DNA of 64,000 nt from Octopus sinensis. Its lineage: Eukaryota. The notes beneath the pieces were generated by a model. The model was not told the DNA's origin and did not search any database. It saw only the letters and a list, made by a program, of their open reading frames with translations. The stretch is taken from the NCBI RefSeq assembly GCF_006345805.1, contig NC_043014.1:7626001-7690000 (forward strand), read 5' to 3'. Each line of letters begins with the position of its first letter. Within the stretch, counting starts at the first letter, position 1. A program made the position numbers and the translations under genes. Shown one piece after another: positions 50,429 through 63,623 of this stretch.

Positions 50429-50497
50429 TCCGTAACGAGATTAATTCTTCAAACTGTGTAAATATTTCGTCTTGTTTATACAAAATTGGACTCCACA

Positions 50498-50503
50498 AAT
50501 AAA
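50498..50503 (+). terminator. Candidate RRP9 polyadenylation signal
   Basis: AATAAA 70 nt after the stop codon. Confidence 0.55.
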
Positions 50504-50651
50504 AGTTGTACAAACAGACAGACAAAAAAATAAGCAATATATAAAAAAAAAAGGAAGCTATTTTTAATTTTGCCTTCGTTAGTCATTTTGTCATTATTTC
50601 TCTCTCTTTTCCTTTCTTTCTTTCTCTTCTGCTTCTTTTTTTCTTTTTGTT

Positions 50652-51131
50652 TTAACCCTTTTGTTACCAACCCAGCCAAAACCGGCTCTGGCTCTGTGGT
50701 AAAATGTCTTGTTTTCATATGTTTTGAATTAAAATATTCCACCAAACCTTAGTCACAATTTATGTTCCTAACACTAGCTGAATGATAACTAAGTTATTTT
50801 ACTAAATTCTTTGTTATATTTAAAATTAATTGAAAGAAACACAGAGCATCTCAACAGAAATATGGTAACAAAAGGGTTAAAAAATATAATAGAAAAACAA
50901 TTCTTAACCCTTTTGATACCCACCTGGCTGAAACCGCTTCTGGCTCTGAGTACAAATGTCTTGTTTTCATAAGTTCTGAATTAAAATCTTCCACCAAACT
51001 TTAGTCACAAATTATGTTCCTAACACTAGTTTAATGATAACTAAGTTATTTTACTAAATTCTTTGTTACTTTTAAAATAATTGAAAGAAACACGGAGCAT
51101 CTCAAAATAAATACAGTAACAAAAGGGTTAA
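50652..51131 (-). repeat. Tandem dimer of MITE family H
   Basis: TTAA at 50652, 50877, 50904, 51128. Confidence 0.85.
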
Positions 51132-51379
51132 TATTTGTTTATGTAGAGTCAAGTAAAACCGATATCGTTACTGTGGCCAGGTCTGCCTGACTGGCTCCTG
51201 TACTGGTGGTATGTAAAAAGCACCAACCAGACATGGCCGATGCCAGTACCCCCCCTGACTGGCTCTTGTGCCAGTGGCACGTGAAAAGCACCATCCGGAC
51301 GTGGTTGATGCCAGGTCCACCTGACTGGCTCCTGTGCTGGTGGCACATAAAAAGCACCAACCAAATGTTGCTGATGCCA

Positions 51380-51686
51380 CTGATGATGGCAATCCCTCAA
51401 GGTCGAGGATGATGGTCTTCGCGCAAATTTACTGGTGAGTCCGTAGGTGACTGATAAGACCAATTCTTGCTTGAAAAGATCGGTCGCAGTGCGGACATCT
51501 AGTGCAGGAAGGGAGAGTCGCACGTGGTTGTTGTTGGCGCTCCTCCCGTCGTCGTCTTTTCTCCTCCAGCTCTGCAGACCTTTTCGACTCGAAAGTCGCC
51601 GTTCCCTCATGGATGGTGGTTTTCCAGAGTGGTCTGTTTTTTGCCGTTACCTCCCAGTTAGTGAAGTCGATGTCACACTTTTGCCA
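51380..51686 (-). mobile_element. 5'-truncated RTE (BovB-like) LINE end, second family
   Basis: NWEVTAKNRPLWK..CPHCDRSFQARIGLISHLRTH C2H2 finger; TGCCA at both junctions. Confidence 0.85.
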
Positions 51687-52574
51687 GTACTCCCTGAATG
51701 GCTCTTGTGCCTGTGGCACTTAAAAAGCACCATCTGAATGTGGCCAATGCCAGTACTGTCCAACGGGCCCCCGTGCCGGTGGCTTGTAAAAAAGCACCAA
51801 CCAAACATGGCCGATGCCAGTACCCACTGACTGGCCTTCATGCTGGTGGCGCGTAAAAAACACTATCCGAACATGATCAATGCTAGGTCCGCCCAAGCGG
51901 CACCTGTGCGGTGGCACGTAAAAAGCACCCACTACACTCTCAGAGTGGTTGGCATTAGGAAGGGCATCCAACTGTAAAAACATTGCCAGATCAGACTGGA
52001 GCCTAGCGCAGCTGCTGGCTTTCCAGACCTCAGTCAAACCGTCCAACCCATGCCAGCATGGAAAACGGACGTTAAAAGATGATGATTTGTAAATATGAAT
52101 GAGGTGATAGAAGAACTTGGGTACAAGAGGAACGAGATGCAATGTTAAAAGATAGAGGACTTCTTTGATATCTTGCATTTTGTATTTATTATTTGTTTCA
52201 GTCAGTAAACTGTGGCCATACTGGAACACCACTTTGAAAGGGTTTTAGCCAGACAAATCAAAACTGGTATTTAATTTTAAAAAAAATCTTTTCCTAGTTT
52301 GCTACTTATTCTATGGGTTTGTTGAAATGCTAAATTACAAGAATGTAACCAAACCAACACGGGTTGTCAAGCATTGGGTGGGGGGGGGGAAGCACACACA
52401 TACGTGTTAATCATTTTCATTTAACGTCCTTGGATGGGGCTGACAGACTGCACCCTTTCTCTCTTTCACTCACACACATACACCATCTTCATCACTTTCA
52501 TTTCACATGCTTGCATGTGTTGCATAGAATGCACACACACATAATCATTATCATTTAATATCCTCGGCAAGCCG

Positions 52575-53860
52575 TGGCGGTGGCACGTAAAAAGCACCAT
52601 CCGATCGAGGCCGTTTGCCAGCCTCGTTTGGCACCTGTGCAGGTGGCACGTTAAAAGCACCATCCGATCGAGGCCGTTTGCCAGCCTCGTCTGGCCCCCA
52701 TGCCGGTGGGACGTAAAAAGCACCATCTGATCGTGGCTGTTTGCCAGCCTCGTCTGGCCCCCATGCCGTGTGGACGTAAAAAAGCACCATCTGATCGTGG
52801 CGTTTTGCCAGCCTCGTCTGGCCCCCATGCCGGTGGCACGTAAAAAGCACCATCTGATCGTGGCTGTTTGCCAGCCTCGTCTGGCCCCCATGCCGGTGGC
52901 ACGTAAAAAGCACCATCTGATCGTGGCTGTTTGCCAGCCTCGTCTGGCCCCCATGCCGGTGGCACGTAAAAAGCACCATCTGATCTCGGCTGTTTTGCCA
53001 GCCTCGTCTGGCCCCCATGCCGGTGGCACCACGTAAAAAGCACCATCTGATCGTGGCTTTTTGCCCAGCCTCGTCTGGCCCCCATGCCGGTGGCACGTAA
53101 AAAGCACCATCCTATCGTGGCTGTTTGCCAGCCTCGTCTGCCCCCATGCCGGTGGCACATAAAAAGCACCATCCTATCGTGGCTGTTTGCAGCCCATCTG
53201 GCCCCCATGCCGGTGGCACGTAAAAAGCACCATCTGATCGTGGCCGTTTGCCAGCCTCGTTTGGCCCCCATGCCGGTGGCACGTAAAAAGCACCATCTGA
53301 TCGTGGCTGTTTGCCAGATCGTCTGGCCCCCATGCGGTGGCACATAAAAAGCACCATCCGATCGTGGCTGTTTGCCAGCCTCATCTGGCCCCCATGCCGG
53401 TGGCACGTAAAAAGCACCATCTGATCGTGGCTGTTTGCCAGCCTCGTCTGGCCCCCATGCCGGTGGCACGTAAAAAGCACCATCCGATCGTGGCTGTTTG
53501 CCAGCCTCATCTGGCCCCCATGCCGGTGGCACATAAAAAGCACCATCCGATCGTGGCTGTTTGCCAGCCTCGTCTGGCCCCCATGCCGGTGGCACATAAA
53601 AAGCACCATCCGATCGTGGCCGTTTGCCAGCCTCGTCTGGCCCCCATGCCGGTGGCACGTAAAAAGCACCATCCGATCGTGGCTGTTTGCCAGCCTCATC
53701 TGGCCCCCATGCCGGTGGCACGTAAAAAGCACCATCCGATTGTGGCCGTTGCCAGCCTCGTCTGGCCCCCATGCCGGTGGCACGTAAAAAGCACCATCCG
53801 ATCATGGCTGTTTGCCAGCCTCGTCTGGCCCCTGTGCAGGTGGCACGTAAAAAGCACCCA
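52575..53860 (+). repeat. 63-bp minisatellite, about 20 units, inside a family D element
   Basis: Unit CCATGCCGGTGGCACGTAAAAAGCACCATCTGATCGTGGCTGTTTGCCAGCCTCGTCTGGCCC; 21 AAAAGCACC cores counted. Confidence 0.95.
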
Positions 53861-54367
53861 CTACACTGACGGAGTGGTTGGCGTTAGGAAGGGCATCCAG
53901 CTGTAGAAACATTGTCAGATCAGATTGGAGCCAGGTGCAGCCTTCTGGCTTCCCAGACCCCAGGTTGAACCGTCCAACCCATGCCAGCATGGAAAACGGA
54001 CGTTAAATGATGATGATGATTCACCATACTGACCTGGGTTGGACAGTTTGACAGGATCCAATGTGTCCAACGTTTGCATCAGGTTCCAATCTTTGCCTTG
54101 GCATGGTTTCTGTGGCTGGATTCCTTTTCTAATGCCAACCACTTCAGAACATAGATTGGGTGCTTTTTTTCTTTCTGTCTGTCCACCCACCTTCCCTGTT
54201 ACTTACACTGTTGCAAAATTGCAAACCCAGTGATTGGGGGTTAGCTTCATGATAATGCACAAGGGGACTGAAATCTAAGAAAGGGATAGGCAGTGGAAGT
54301 TCATCCACCTCTTCATTTAGTATCTGTTTTCTATACTGGCATGGGTTGGACGGTTTGACGGTTTGGG

Positions 54368-54597
54368 CGGTGAGCTTGGCAGAACCGTTAGCACACCGGG
54401 CGAAATATGTAGCCGTATTTCGTCTGCCGTTACATTCTGAGTTCAAATTCTGCCGAGGTCGACTTTGCCTTTCATCCTATCGGGGTTGATAGATTAAGTA
54501 CCAGTTACGCACTGGGGGTCGATGTAATCGACTTAATCCCTTTGTCTGTCCTTGTTTGTCCCCTCTATGTTTAGCCCCTTGTGGGTAGTAAAGATAG
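54368..54597 (+). mobile_element. SINE family B, full-length monomer
   Basis: Head GGTGAGCTTGGCAGAACCGTTAGC, B-box GAGTTCAAATTC, tail GGGTAGTAAAGATAG. Confidence 0.8.
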
Positions 54598-55175
54598 GTT
54601 TGACAAGAGCTGAGGGGCTGTTCAGGTTCCCTGTCTGTTTTGGCATGGCTTTTATGGCTGGATGCCCTCTCTAATGCCAACCGCTTTACAAAGTGTACTG
54701 GCTGCTTTTACGCAGCACTGGCTTGGGTGCTTTTTATGTGGGACCAGCGCCTACCAGCTCGCAAGATTAGGGATGCTCAACTGGAGAGGGTCGCAAGGGA
54801 TGGGCCTGTATAAAGGGGCAACCAAGCTTTTTCTTGATGTGACTTCAAGCACAGCAAATCACCACGGGTCTCGGTCCCCTGTCATCCCCTCTGTGAGACC
54901 CACGTGCTTTCACTTAGTTAATGTATGTGTGTGTAAGAGCGGCGGATAGTGAGAAGGAGCAATCAACCATTCCAACTCAAAGATGTCGGTGATCTATCCA
55001 GTTTCAATATGGCAATATGAAAATACTTCAAGATACGAATATCAAGGGAAGTAACTCATAAGGCTTCATTCATTGTTATTTCCCTTGCGTTAGACTTTTA
55101 TTCTTTGTGTTAGTAAAATGTCTATATTGTATAATACGAATATATCCGCACTTACGCTTATATATATATATATAC

Positions 55176-55561
55176 TAGCAGTATCGCCCGGCGTTGCTCG
55201 GGTTTGTAAGGGAAATAACTATATAAGCATTTTTAGAGAGTTATAGCCAAAAAATGCATTAAAAATGGAAAAAAAAATGATGGTAAATTTAAAAAAAAAT
55301 CGTTGACTCATCGTAGACATTTTTAGAGAGTTACTTCCCTTATATAATAGCGAAAAATGCATTAAAATAGAAAAAAATGATGGTAAATTTTTTTTTAAAT
55401 CGTAGACTCATCGTAGACGCGCGCTAATACCCAGAAGGGCTCGATATGAATCACGACTATAAAATACCCGGTTTTGGTTAAACTGCACCGCAAAATGTGG
55501 GAGTAGTTAGGAATCTAAATCGTAGGAGACAGACACACAACTTCTCTTTTATATATAAAGA
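55176..55561 (+). mobile_element. Helentron/HINE-like non-autonomous element
   Basis: TACTAGCAGTATCGCCCGGCGTTGCTCGGG start with hairpin, internal duplication of about 100 bp, in (TA)n. Confidence 0.55.
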
Positions 55562-56033
55562 TATATATATATATGTAAAAAAATACAAACTGGGATAAGA
55601 ACGCGAAACATTTAGGAGACGATACAAAAAACACGGACGGGACATTTGAAGGCTTCAATCTTCAGTCAAGAACCGCATCATCCTCGCAATTTCGGCTGAT
55701 TAATCTTAAGATTGCTCCAATCTGGCCAGCCCCAAGGAAAATCTTTGGAAGAAAGCTTCGAATGTATATACAAAGCAAGGACGGAAAAACGGACGATGGT
55801 ATATGAATAGGAATACAAAAATACGTAAAAACAATAATAATAATAATACCAAAAACAGGACATCACAAACAGGCGTCTTTCGACAGGACGAGTAAACGTG
55901 AGCTGGCGTGTTAGGAATGGGCCTTAGGGCAGAGAGAAAAAAAAATGTGTGTATATATATGTATGTATATGTATGTATGTATGTATGAAAGCAACAAGAA
56001 TGGATCGGTAGTTTAGTACAATTGTTTCATACT

Positions 56034-56267
56034 CTCTTTCTTTTTTCTCTCTTTTACTTGTTTCAGTCATTTGATTGCGGCCATGCTGGAGCACCGCCTT
56101 TAGTCGAGCAAATCGACCCCGGGACTTATTCTTTGTAAGCCCAGTACTTATTCTATCGGTCTCTTTTGCCGAACCGCTAAGTTACGGGGGCGTAAACACA
56201 CCAGCATCGGTTGTCAAGCAATGCTAGGGGGACAAACACAGACACACACACACACACACACACACAC

Positions 56268-56324
<57 letters not shown>

Positions 56325-56486
56325 GACAGGCTTCCTTCAGTTTCCGTCTACCAATTCCACTCACAAGGCATTGGTCGGCCCGGGGCTATAGCAGAAGACA
56401 CTTGCCCAAGGTACCACGCAGTGGGACTGAACCCGGAACCATGTGGTTGGTTAGCAAGCTACTTACCACACAGCCACTCCTGCGCC
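56034..56486 (-). mobile_element. SINE family A inserted into the arm of a palindromic element
   Basis: TACT at both junctions; interrupts an inverted repeat. Confidence 0.85.
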
Positions 56487-56942
56487 TACTATAAACATTT
56501 TACTTAAAGCTGCAAATATTACAGCAAATATAATGTCAAGTATTCTTCAGCTAAATTCCATATAGGTTTTCCAAACATCTTAGAGAGTGTAAATATCCTT
56601 GTGAAGTTATAGGAGTTTTTTTTTCTCCTGCTGTCCTTTGCTCTGGTTAAACCTACCCCGCTGTCTTTCATGCTAGTATAGAATTTGGTCTACAACAGTT
56701 AGATGCGAACTTAACAACCGTAGTCTGAACGGTATCTCTCCTCATGTTTCTTGGAACTTATACCCACATCTTTATGAGTAGATTTACCTTCTCTGGGATG
56801 TCAATAATTAATTTAAAAACTTTGTATTATTGGAAAACATATACAGTCTGCTTGGAATATTACTTCAAATTCATGGAACTCACTCCTATAACTTCATAAG
56901 GATATTTACACTCTCTAAGATGTTTGGAAAACCTATATGTGA

Positions 56943-57029
56943 TTTAGCTGAAGAGTACTTGACATTATATTTGCTGTAATATTTGCAGCTTTAAATAAAA
57001 TGTTTATAGTATGAAACAATTGTACTAAA
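56943..57029 (+). ncRNA. Type I hammerhead ribozyme fold
   Basis: Stem I TTTAG/CTAAA, core CTGAAGA 56948-56954, stem II GTACT/AGTAT with long extension, GAAA 57013-57016, stem III AC-AATT-GT, triplet GTA 57022-57024. Confidence 0.75.
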
Positions 57030-57217
57030 CTACCGATCCATTCTTGTTGCTTTCTTCTTGGTTATAATCACCCCACGTAATTTTATGGTTAATACCATAA
57101 AAGATTCTGGTGCATCTAAGTTAAGTATCATATTCTTTTGAATCTAAATTGTTTTGCTGAAATTATATGTATGTATATATATATGTATGTATGTATATAT
57201 ATGTATGTATATGTATG

Positions 57218-57253
<36 letters not shown>

Positions 57254-57261
57254 TATATATA

Positions 57262-57309
<48 letters not shown>

Positions 57310-58999
57310 GTATATATATATATGTATGTGTATATATATATATGTATATATTTGTGTGTGTGGAGGCGCAATGGCCCAGTGGTTAGGGCAGCGGACTCGC
57401 GGTCGTAGGATCACGGTTTCGATTCCCAGATGTGTGTGCATTCCGTGCAACTCATGCAAGCATGTGAGTGTTTATTGAGCGAAAACACCTAAAAGCTCCA
57501 CGGTCCTCCGGCAGGCGGTTGGTGGCGATCCCTGCTGTACTCTTTCGCCACAACTTTCTCTCACTTTTGACCAGCGATGTGTGGCAACATCTGATAGCCT
57601 GGTCGGTCATGGCGATCACGGCGATATATATATATATTACTATATATATATATATATATATATACATTTCGAAATACGGAGTAGACGAAACGGGGACAAC
57701 TGAAGAAGGGGAATATTCCTTGTGTTGTATGTCTTGTACTCTGTTTTTTCGTTGTTTGAAAAAAAGTTCGTTTCCAGGCTTAGGTCGGCCCGAAGGTACT
57801 CGTCCAATGTGCCACGCAGTGGAAATGAACCCGGAACCATGTGGTTAGCAAGCAAGCTACTTACTACACAGCCACTCATGAGCCTATACACACACAAAAT
57901 ATGGAGGTTTCGTTCACAGGTGATCTAAACGTGTAGGTACGCTGGGTAAGTGCTATAACGGATTACCAAGGCTGCAAGGTTTATAGCCGAGCCGGGAGTT
58001 ATGCAACCATTGCAGATATCCGACACAGCGGATATATATAATTGTTAAAGAGGACAGCAAACGTTAAGGCAAGGCAAACATCTCAAGTCATACGTTATTA
58101 TCATTGGAAAAATTCAAAGTCCCAGCTGTTTCTGGGATATTCCGTCATCGGAGACAAACAGGGAAAATGTGAAGGGTAGATCCACGATTCCCAACGTGGG
58201 GCACGGTAATAATTTGGTGAGGTATGCAAAAGAAAGGGGGCAATTCGCGAATGAGTTATTAAGAAAAGAAATTCTTTACATCCCACTTCTGTGGACAATT
58301 TTAACAAATTTTTGACACTTTAGAGACAACAGAACAACAGGTCGTGTTCAATACCAGACATAGATTTTTGACAAGATTTGATGTCGCTAATGAGGAAATC
58401 GCGCGTGCGTGTGTGCGGTAGACATGAGACAGAGAAAATGAATTATGAACGACTTGTTCACAAACACCCGTCAGTAGGGAACAGTTCTCAAAAATAGTCC
58501 CAAATTCCTATGTTCTCGGAAACTACATAATCCAAGGTATATTTGTAGCGAATTTCATTAAAAAATATCCATTTTCTTGAAAGTTAAGACGAATTTAATT
58601 GGACTCAGGAGAAATTTCCAAAATTCCTCACCCCAACCCCTCTTCAAACATTTCCCCCGCAAAATCTTGTATATTCGGAATCTACATAATATAACACATA
58701 TTCGTAGACAATTTCATTAAGAATATCTATTTTTTAATGAAAGTTATGATCATCCAAAGTCGGGGGCGCAGAAATCTGTAGTTATGCCGATTTAAAAAAC
58801 TACAGTAGTGCAGGTAAAAAACAAATCGTCAATGTTGAGAGCAATATTTACTCGTTTTACAAATCAATTTTCCCCATTGAAATTAACTAAAATATAATTA
58901 ATCCGTTCCAGAGCTACCAAAAGCCACTCAAAAAGGATTTTTTATCGCTTTTTATGTGATGTAGATGAGGTGAAAGAAGAACTTGGGTAAAAGAGGAAC

Positions 59000-59133
59000 C
59001 TTTCATCCTTTCGGGGTCGATAAATTAAGTACCAGTTACGCACTGGGGTCGATGTAATCGACTTAATACCTATGTCTGTCCTTGTTTGTCCCCTCTATGT
59101 TTAGCCCCTTGTGGGTAGTAAAGAAATAGGTAT
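59000..59133 (+). mobile_element. SINE family B 3' fragment with TSD
   Basis: 9-bp TSD AAGAGGAAC (58991-58999, 59134-59142). Confidence 0.85.
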
Positions 59134-59346
59134 AAGAGGAACGAGATGCAATGTTAAAAGATAGAGGACTTCTTTGATATCTTGCATTTTGTATTTATTA
59201 TTTGTTTCAGTCAGTAAACTGTGGCCATACTGGAACACCACTTTGAAAGGGTTTTAGCCAGACAAATCAACACCCAGGGTTTTATAAAAGAAGGTGTAGT
59301 TACGAATGAAATGGCGATTATAAAAAAAGAGAATGCAAAAGAAATA

Positions 59347-59860
<514 letters not shown>

Positions 59861-60590
59861 GAGTATGTAAACTGGTTTTATTTACTGAATCCGCTCGTAC
59901 ACCAAATTACTCGTATAATGGGGCGCTCGTACTGCGAGTGTTCTACAATACGCACACATATAATAAGCATCACCGACCTGCAGGTTTGTGTGCATGCGTT
60001 TCATTTCGTGCGACTTAGAACGTCTTCAAACGTTAATAAGTTCACGAGAGAAATTATATGTTACAAATCATATAATGTTGTATACGGACGTGTGACATGC
60101 ACACAGCTTTTAACTTAAGCCTGCCTCATTGAGATAGTTGGGTGATTAATCGAATGAAGAATATATACTATTACTACACACGCATACATTATCCGAAACG
60201 TACAGTGTAATACACCCATCATGGCCCATACTACCAATCGGTTTCGCGCTAGGTGTACATTGGAGTGTCAGGTAACAATCCGATTATATAACACTACACT
60301 CATCAGAGGTAGCCGATATAAACGTTACTAACTATGTAAATCCCATAAGACAATCTGTATACACAAGCACATACGTTCACAGAAGGACAGCTGTGTGAAG
60401 CTCGTATATATTTATATAAATGAATAGTTGTGTTTGATTTCTCAGCTGATTTCTATGGCTTGCCTTTCTTCGACAGACACCCACCACAATTGTAACATGT
60501 TAAACTGATCTCTGTACCGACATACTCTGGAAAATTCACACCAAGCCCCTTTCGACAATCCCTCTTTAGCTCTTCATATAAAACATACAT

Positions 60591-60965
60591 ATTTTATTTT
60601 ATTTTATCTAGTTTCAGCTCACGAGCTGTGGCCATGCTGGGGCACCGCCATTTGGTGTTGCTACATGATTTTACTTCACGAATGCTTTTTAGCAATTGCC
60701 ATTTGGTGCATGAGAGAGTTCGATGCTGCTGCCCTCATCTGCACCTCCTGCCGTGAAGTTGGTTCATCTGGGACACCTGACAAGAAGAGATCCAGTTTTA
60801 TTTTAAAGACATCTGCATCCACCCCATGCAGGTCTCTTAGGTTCTTCGGGAGGATATTAAAGAGCTGTGGGCCTCTGAAGCCCAGGCTATCACAGAATCT
60901 TGTCCTACATCTTGATGGCAAATTTGGAGTCCTTGGCACTATGCAGTGGCGCCCAGTTCTAGTAT
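60591..60965 (-). mobile_element. CR1-group LINE 3' fragment
   Basis: GFRGPQLFNILPKNLRD..FKIKLDLFLSGVPDEP..RAAASNSL; (TAAAA)n tail. Confidence 0.75.
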
Positions 60966-61066
60966 TTGTGTAACTCTCGATACATACATACAGACAGACA
61001 CACGCACATGAAAATATTTGGTTCATTTTGCTTTACATTTCTCGTTTTTTGCACAACTTGGCTAAA

Positions 61067-61166
61067 NNNNNNNNNNNNNNNNNNNNNNNNNNNNNNNNNN
61101 NNNNNNNNNNNNNNNNNNNNNNNNNNNNNNNNNNNNNNNNNNNNNNNNNNNNNNNNNNNNNNNNNN
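61067..61166. other. Assembly gap (100 N)
   Basis: Run of N. Confidence 1.
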
Positions 61167-61214
61167 TTCAGGCCTTGTGGCTATTGCAGAAAGAATTATT
61201 ATTATTATTATTAT

Positions 61215-61641
61215 TATTACTCTCTTTACTTGTTTCAGTCTTTTGACTGCGGCCATGCTGGAGCACCGCCTTTAGTCGAACAAATCGACCCCGAGACTTA
61301 TTCTTTTGTAAGCCCAGTACTTATTCTATAAGTCTCTTTTGCCGAATCACCAAGTGACGGGGACGTAAACACACCACCATCGGTTGTCAAGCAATGCTAG
61401 GGGGACAAACACAGACACACAAACATACACACACATACATATATATATACATACATATATATATATATACATATATACGACAGGCTACTTTCAGTTTCCG
61501 TTTACCAAATCCACTCACAAGGCATTGGTCGGCCCGAGACTATAGCAGAAGACACTTGCCCAAGATGCAACGCAGTAGGACTGAACCTGGAACCATGTGG
61601 TTGGTAAACAAGCTACTTACCACACAGTCACTCCTGCGCCT
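61215..61641 (-). mobile_element. SINE family A
   Basis: Full-length match. Confidence 0.8.
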
Positions 61642-61671
61642 TTATAAATATATATATATATAGATAGATAG

Positions 61672-63623
61672 ATTCCTTCCTCTCTTTCGTCCAATCTTTC
61701 CATCCAGCCCTCCACTTCACTTCCACTATCTCCAACACCTCTGTCTCCTTCCTCGACATTTCGGTTAGCATTCTTCACTCACCTCTACCACCTCCATTCA
61801 CTACAAACACACAGACTCACACTCATACCTCAACTTCTCTTCCTCCCACCCAGAAACACACAAGCTTTCATCCCCTATTCCCAATTCCTCCGTTCTACGT
61901 AGGCTCTGTAGTGACGACCATGACTTTGAGACTCAGTCTCAACGTACGGCTCACCACTTCACCCTACGTGATACCCCCTCACCACCCTTGCCAGAGCACG
62001 GTCCGTGGACCGTGTATCTGCTCTCTCTCCCCGAACCCGCCCTGTAGTCTCCCGCCTCCATTTTCCCCTCACTTACCACCCCACGACCCTAGTCTCCAAC
62101 GCACCATTCTTCGAGCTTTCCGTCATCTCCAGTCCGACCCGTCCACTTCACACCTCTTCCCTAACCGACCCTCCCCTCTTTCAAACGAGCCCCAACCTTC
62201 GAGACCTTTTGGTCCATAGCTCCTTCCTGACCCTACCTCCCAACCCGGCTCGTTCCCCTGCTCCCGCCCACGTTGCCGCACTTGCCCTTACCTCTCCAAC
62301 ACCACCGCCTCATAGCACCCAACATCGACCCTATCCCATCATCCACTCCTTCACCTGCACCTCCAGCAATATTATCTATTGCATCTCTTGCTCTCTCTCA
62401 GCAATTCCTTGTACATCGGACAAACGGGACGCCGCTTGGCTGACCGGTTCGCGGAACACCTTCGTGGACATCCACCTTGCGAACGACACACCGGTCTCAC
62501 GCCATTTCCGCTCCACCGGTCACTCCTTGCAACACCTATCTGTGTTCGGTTTGTCCTTACACAGAGGCCATCCGGATTCCCGTTTCGCCGTGAACAGGAA
62601 TTATCTTCTCTCTTCGCTCTTATACGCCATTTGGTCTCAACTCTCCCCCCCTCCTATCTAACCCCCTCTCCCCCTCCTCACCTATCCTTTCCCCCGACCC
62701 CTACTTCTTCAGTCCTTCATCATTTCACCCCTACTCCCCTCCCTTCTTCCCTTTTCTCCCTCCCTCTTCCCCTTCCCTCTGCTCCCTCACTCCCTCTTCC
62801 CCTTCTCTCTCCCCTCTCCCTCTTTCCTCCTTCATCCCCCTTCTCACCTTCCTTCTCCCCCATCCTCTACTCTTCCCCCCTCTCCTCCCCTTTCTTCTTC
62901 CCTCCCCTTTCCCCCCTCTTCCCCCCTCCCCCTCTTCTCCTCACTACACCACATGACTTACACATCACATCACATATGATGTGCCATACTAATAAACACA
63001 CCAAACTAATACATACTAATACGTACTAATACATACTAGTACATACTAATACTTACACCAACCCTATACATACACACGTCCAGACCCCGCATACGCACTT
63101 ATACTCTCTCATACACACACACACACCTATACATACCAATACGTACTAATACATACTAATACATACTAATACATACACCAACCCCATACATACGCACGTC
63201 CAGACCAATCTTACGCACTAATACTCTCTCATACACACACACACACACACACACACCCTATACATACTAATACATACACCAACCCTATACATACACACAT
63301 CCAGACCCCTCCCACGCACTTTTAGCTGGTCCCTCAACCTTTTATCAACCCTATTATCTCCCTTATTTCGCTCTCGCGTCTCATGTTTGATCTTTGACCT
63401 CTGGCCGAAATCAGATCGCCATGTTGATTCGTTAGCTACTGCACGCATTTTTTCTCTCTCTTCTTTCTGTGTTTTTCTCTCTCTGTGTATCTTTCTGTTG
63501 AAGAGCGTAGGCTCGAAACGTTAAAGACTTGTTTTATTTATATTTCCTGAGCGCCATACTAATACAATTGTTCGTTGTTTTCCACCTGCCTTCATCTTTT
63601 GTTTATTTTCATAAAGCTTCCCG

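Larger units (their letters stand above)
55987..57155. mobile_element. Family G, second copy, left arm interrupted by SINE A
   Basis: Inverted arms ending GAAAGCAACAAGAATGGATCGG / CCGATCCATTCTTGTTGCTTTC, same extension, (TA)n flanks. Confidence 0.85.

Noticed and set aside
52466-53906. Long ORFs with 21-aa repeats; CRISPR-like look
   Set aside because: A 63-bp tandem unit keeps frames open; there are no unique spacers and no cas genes, and the context is eukaryotic.
57695-57730. CTGAAGA plus GGAATATTCC hairpin
   Set aside because: The GAAA half of the core is missing; at most a relic.
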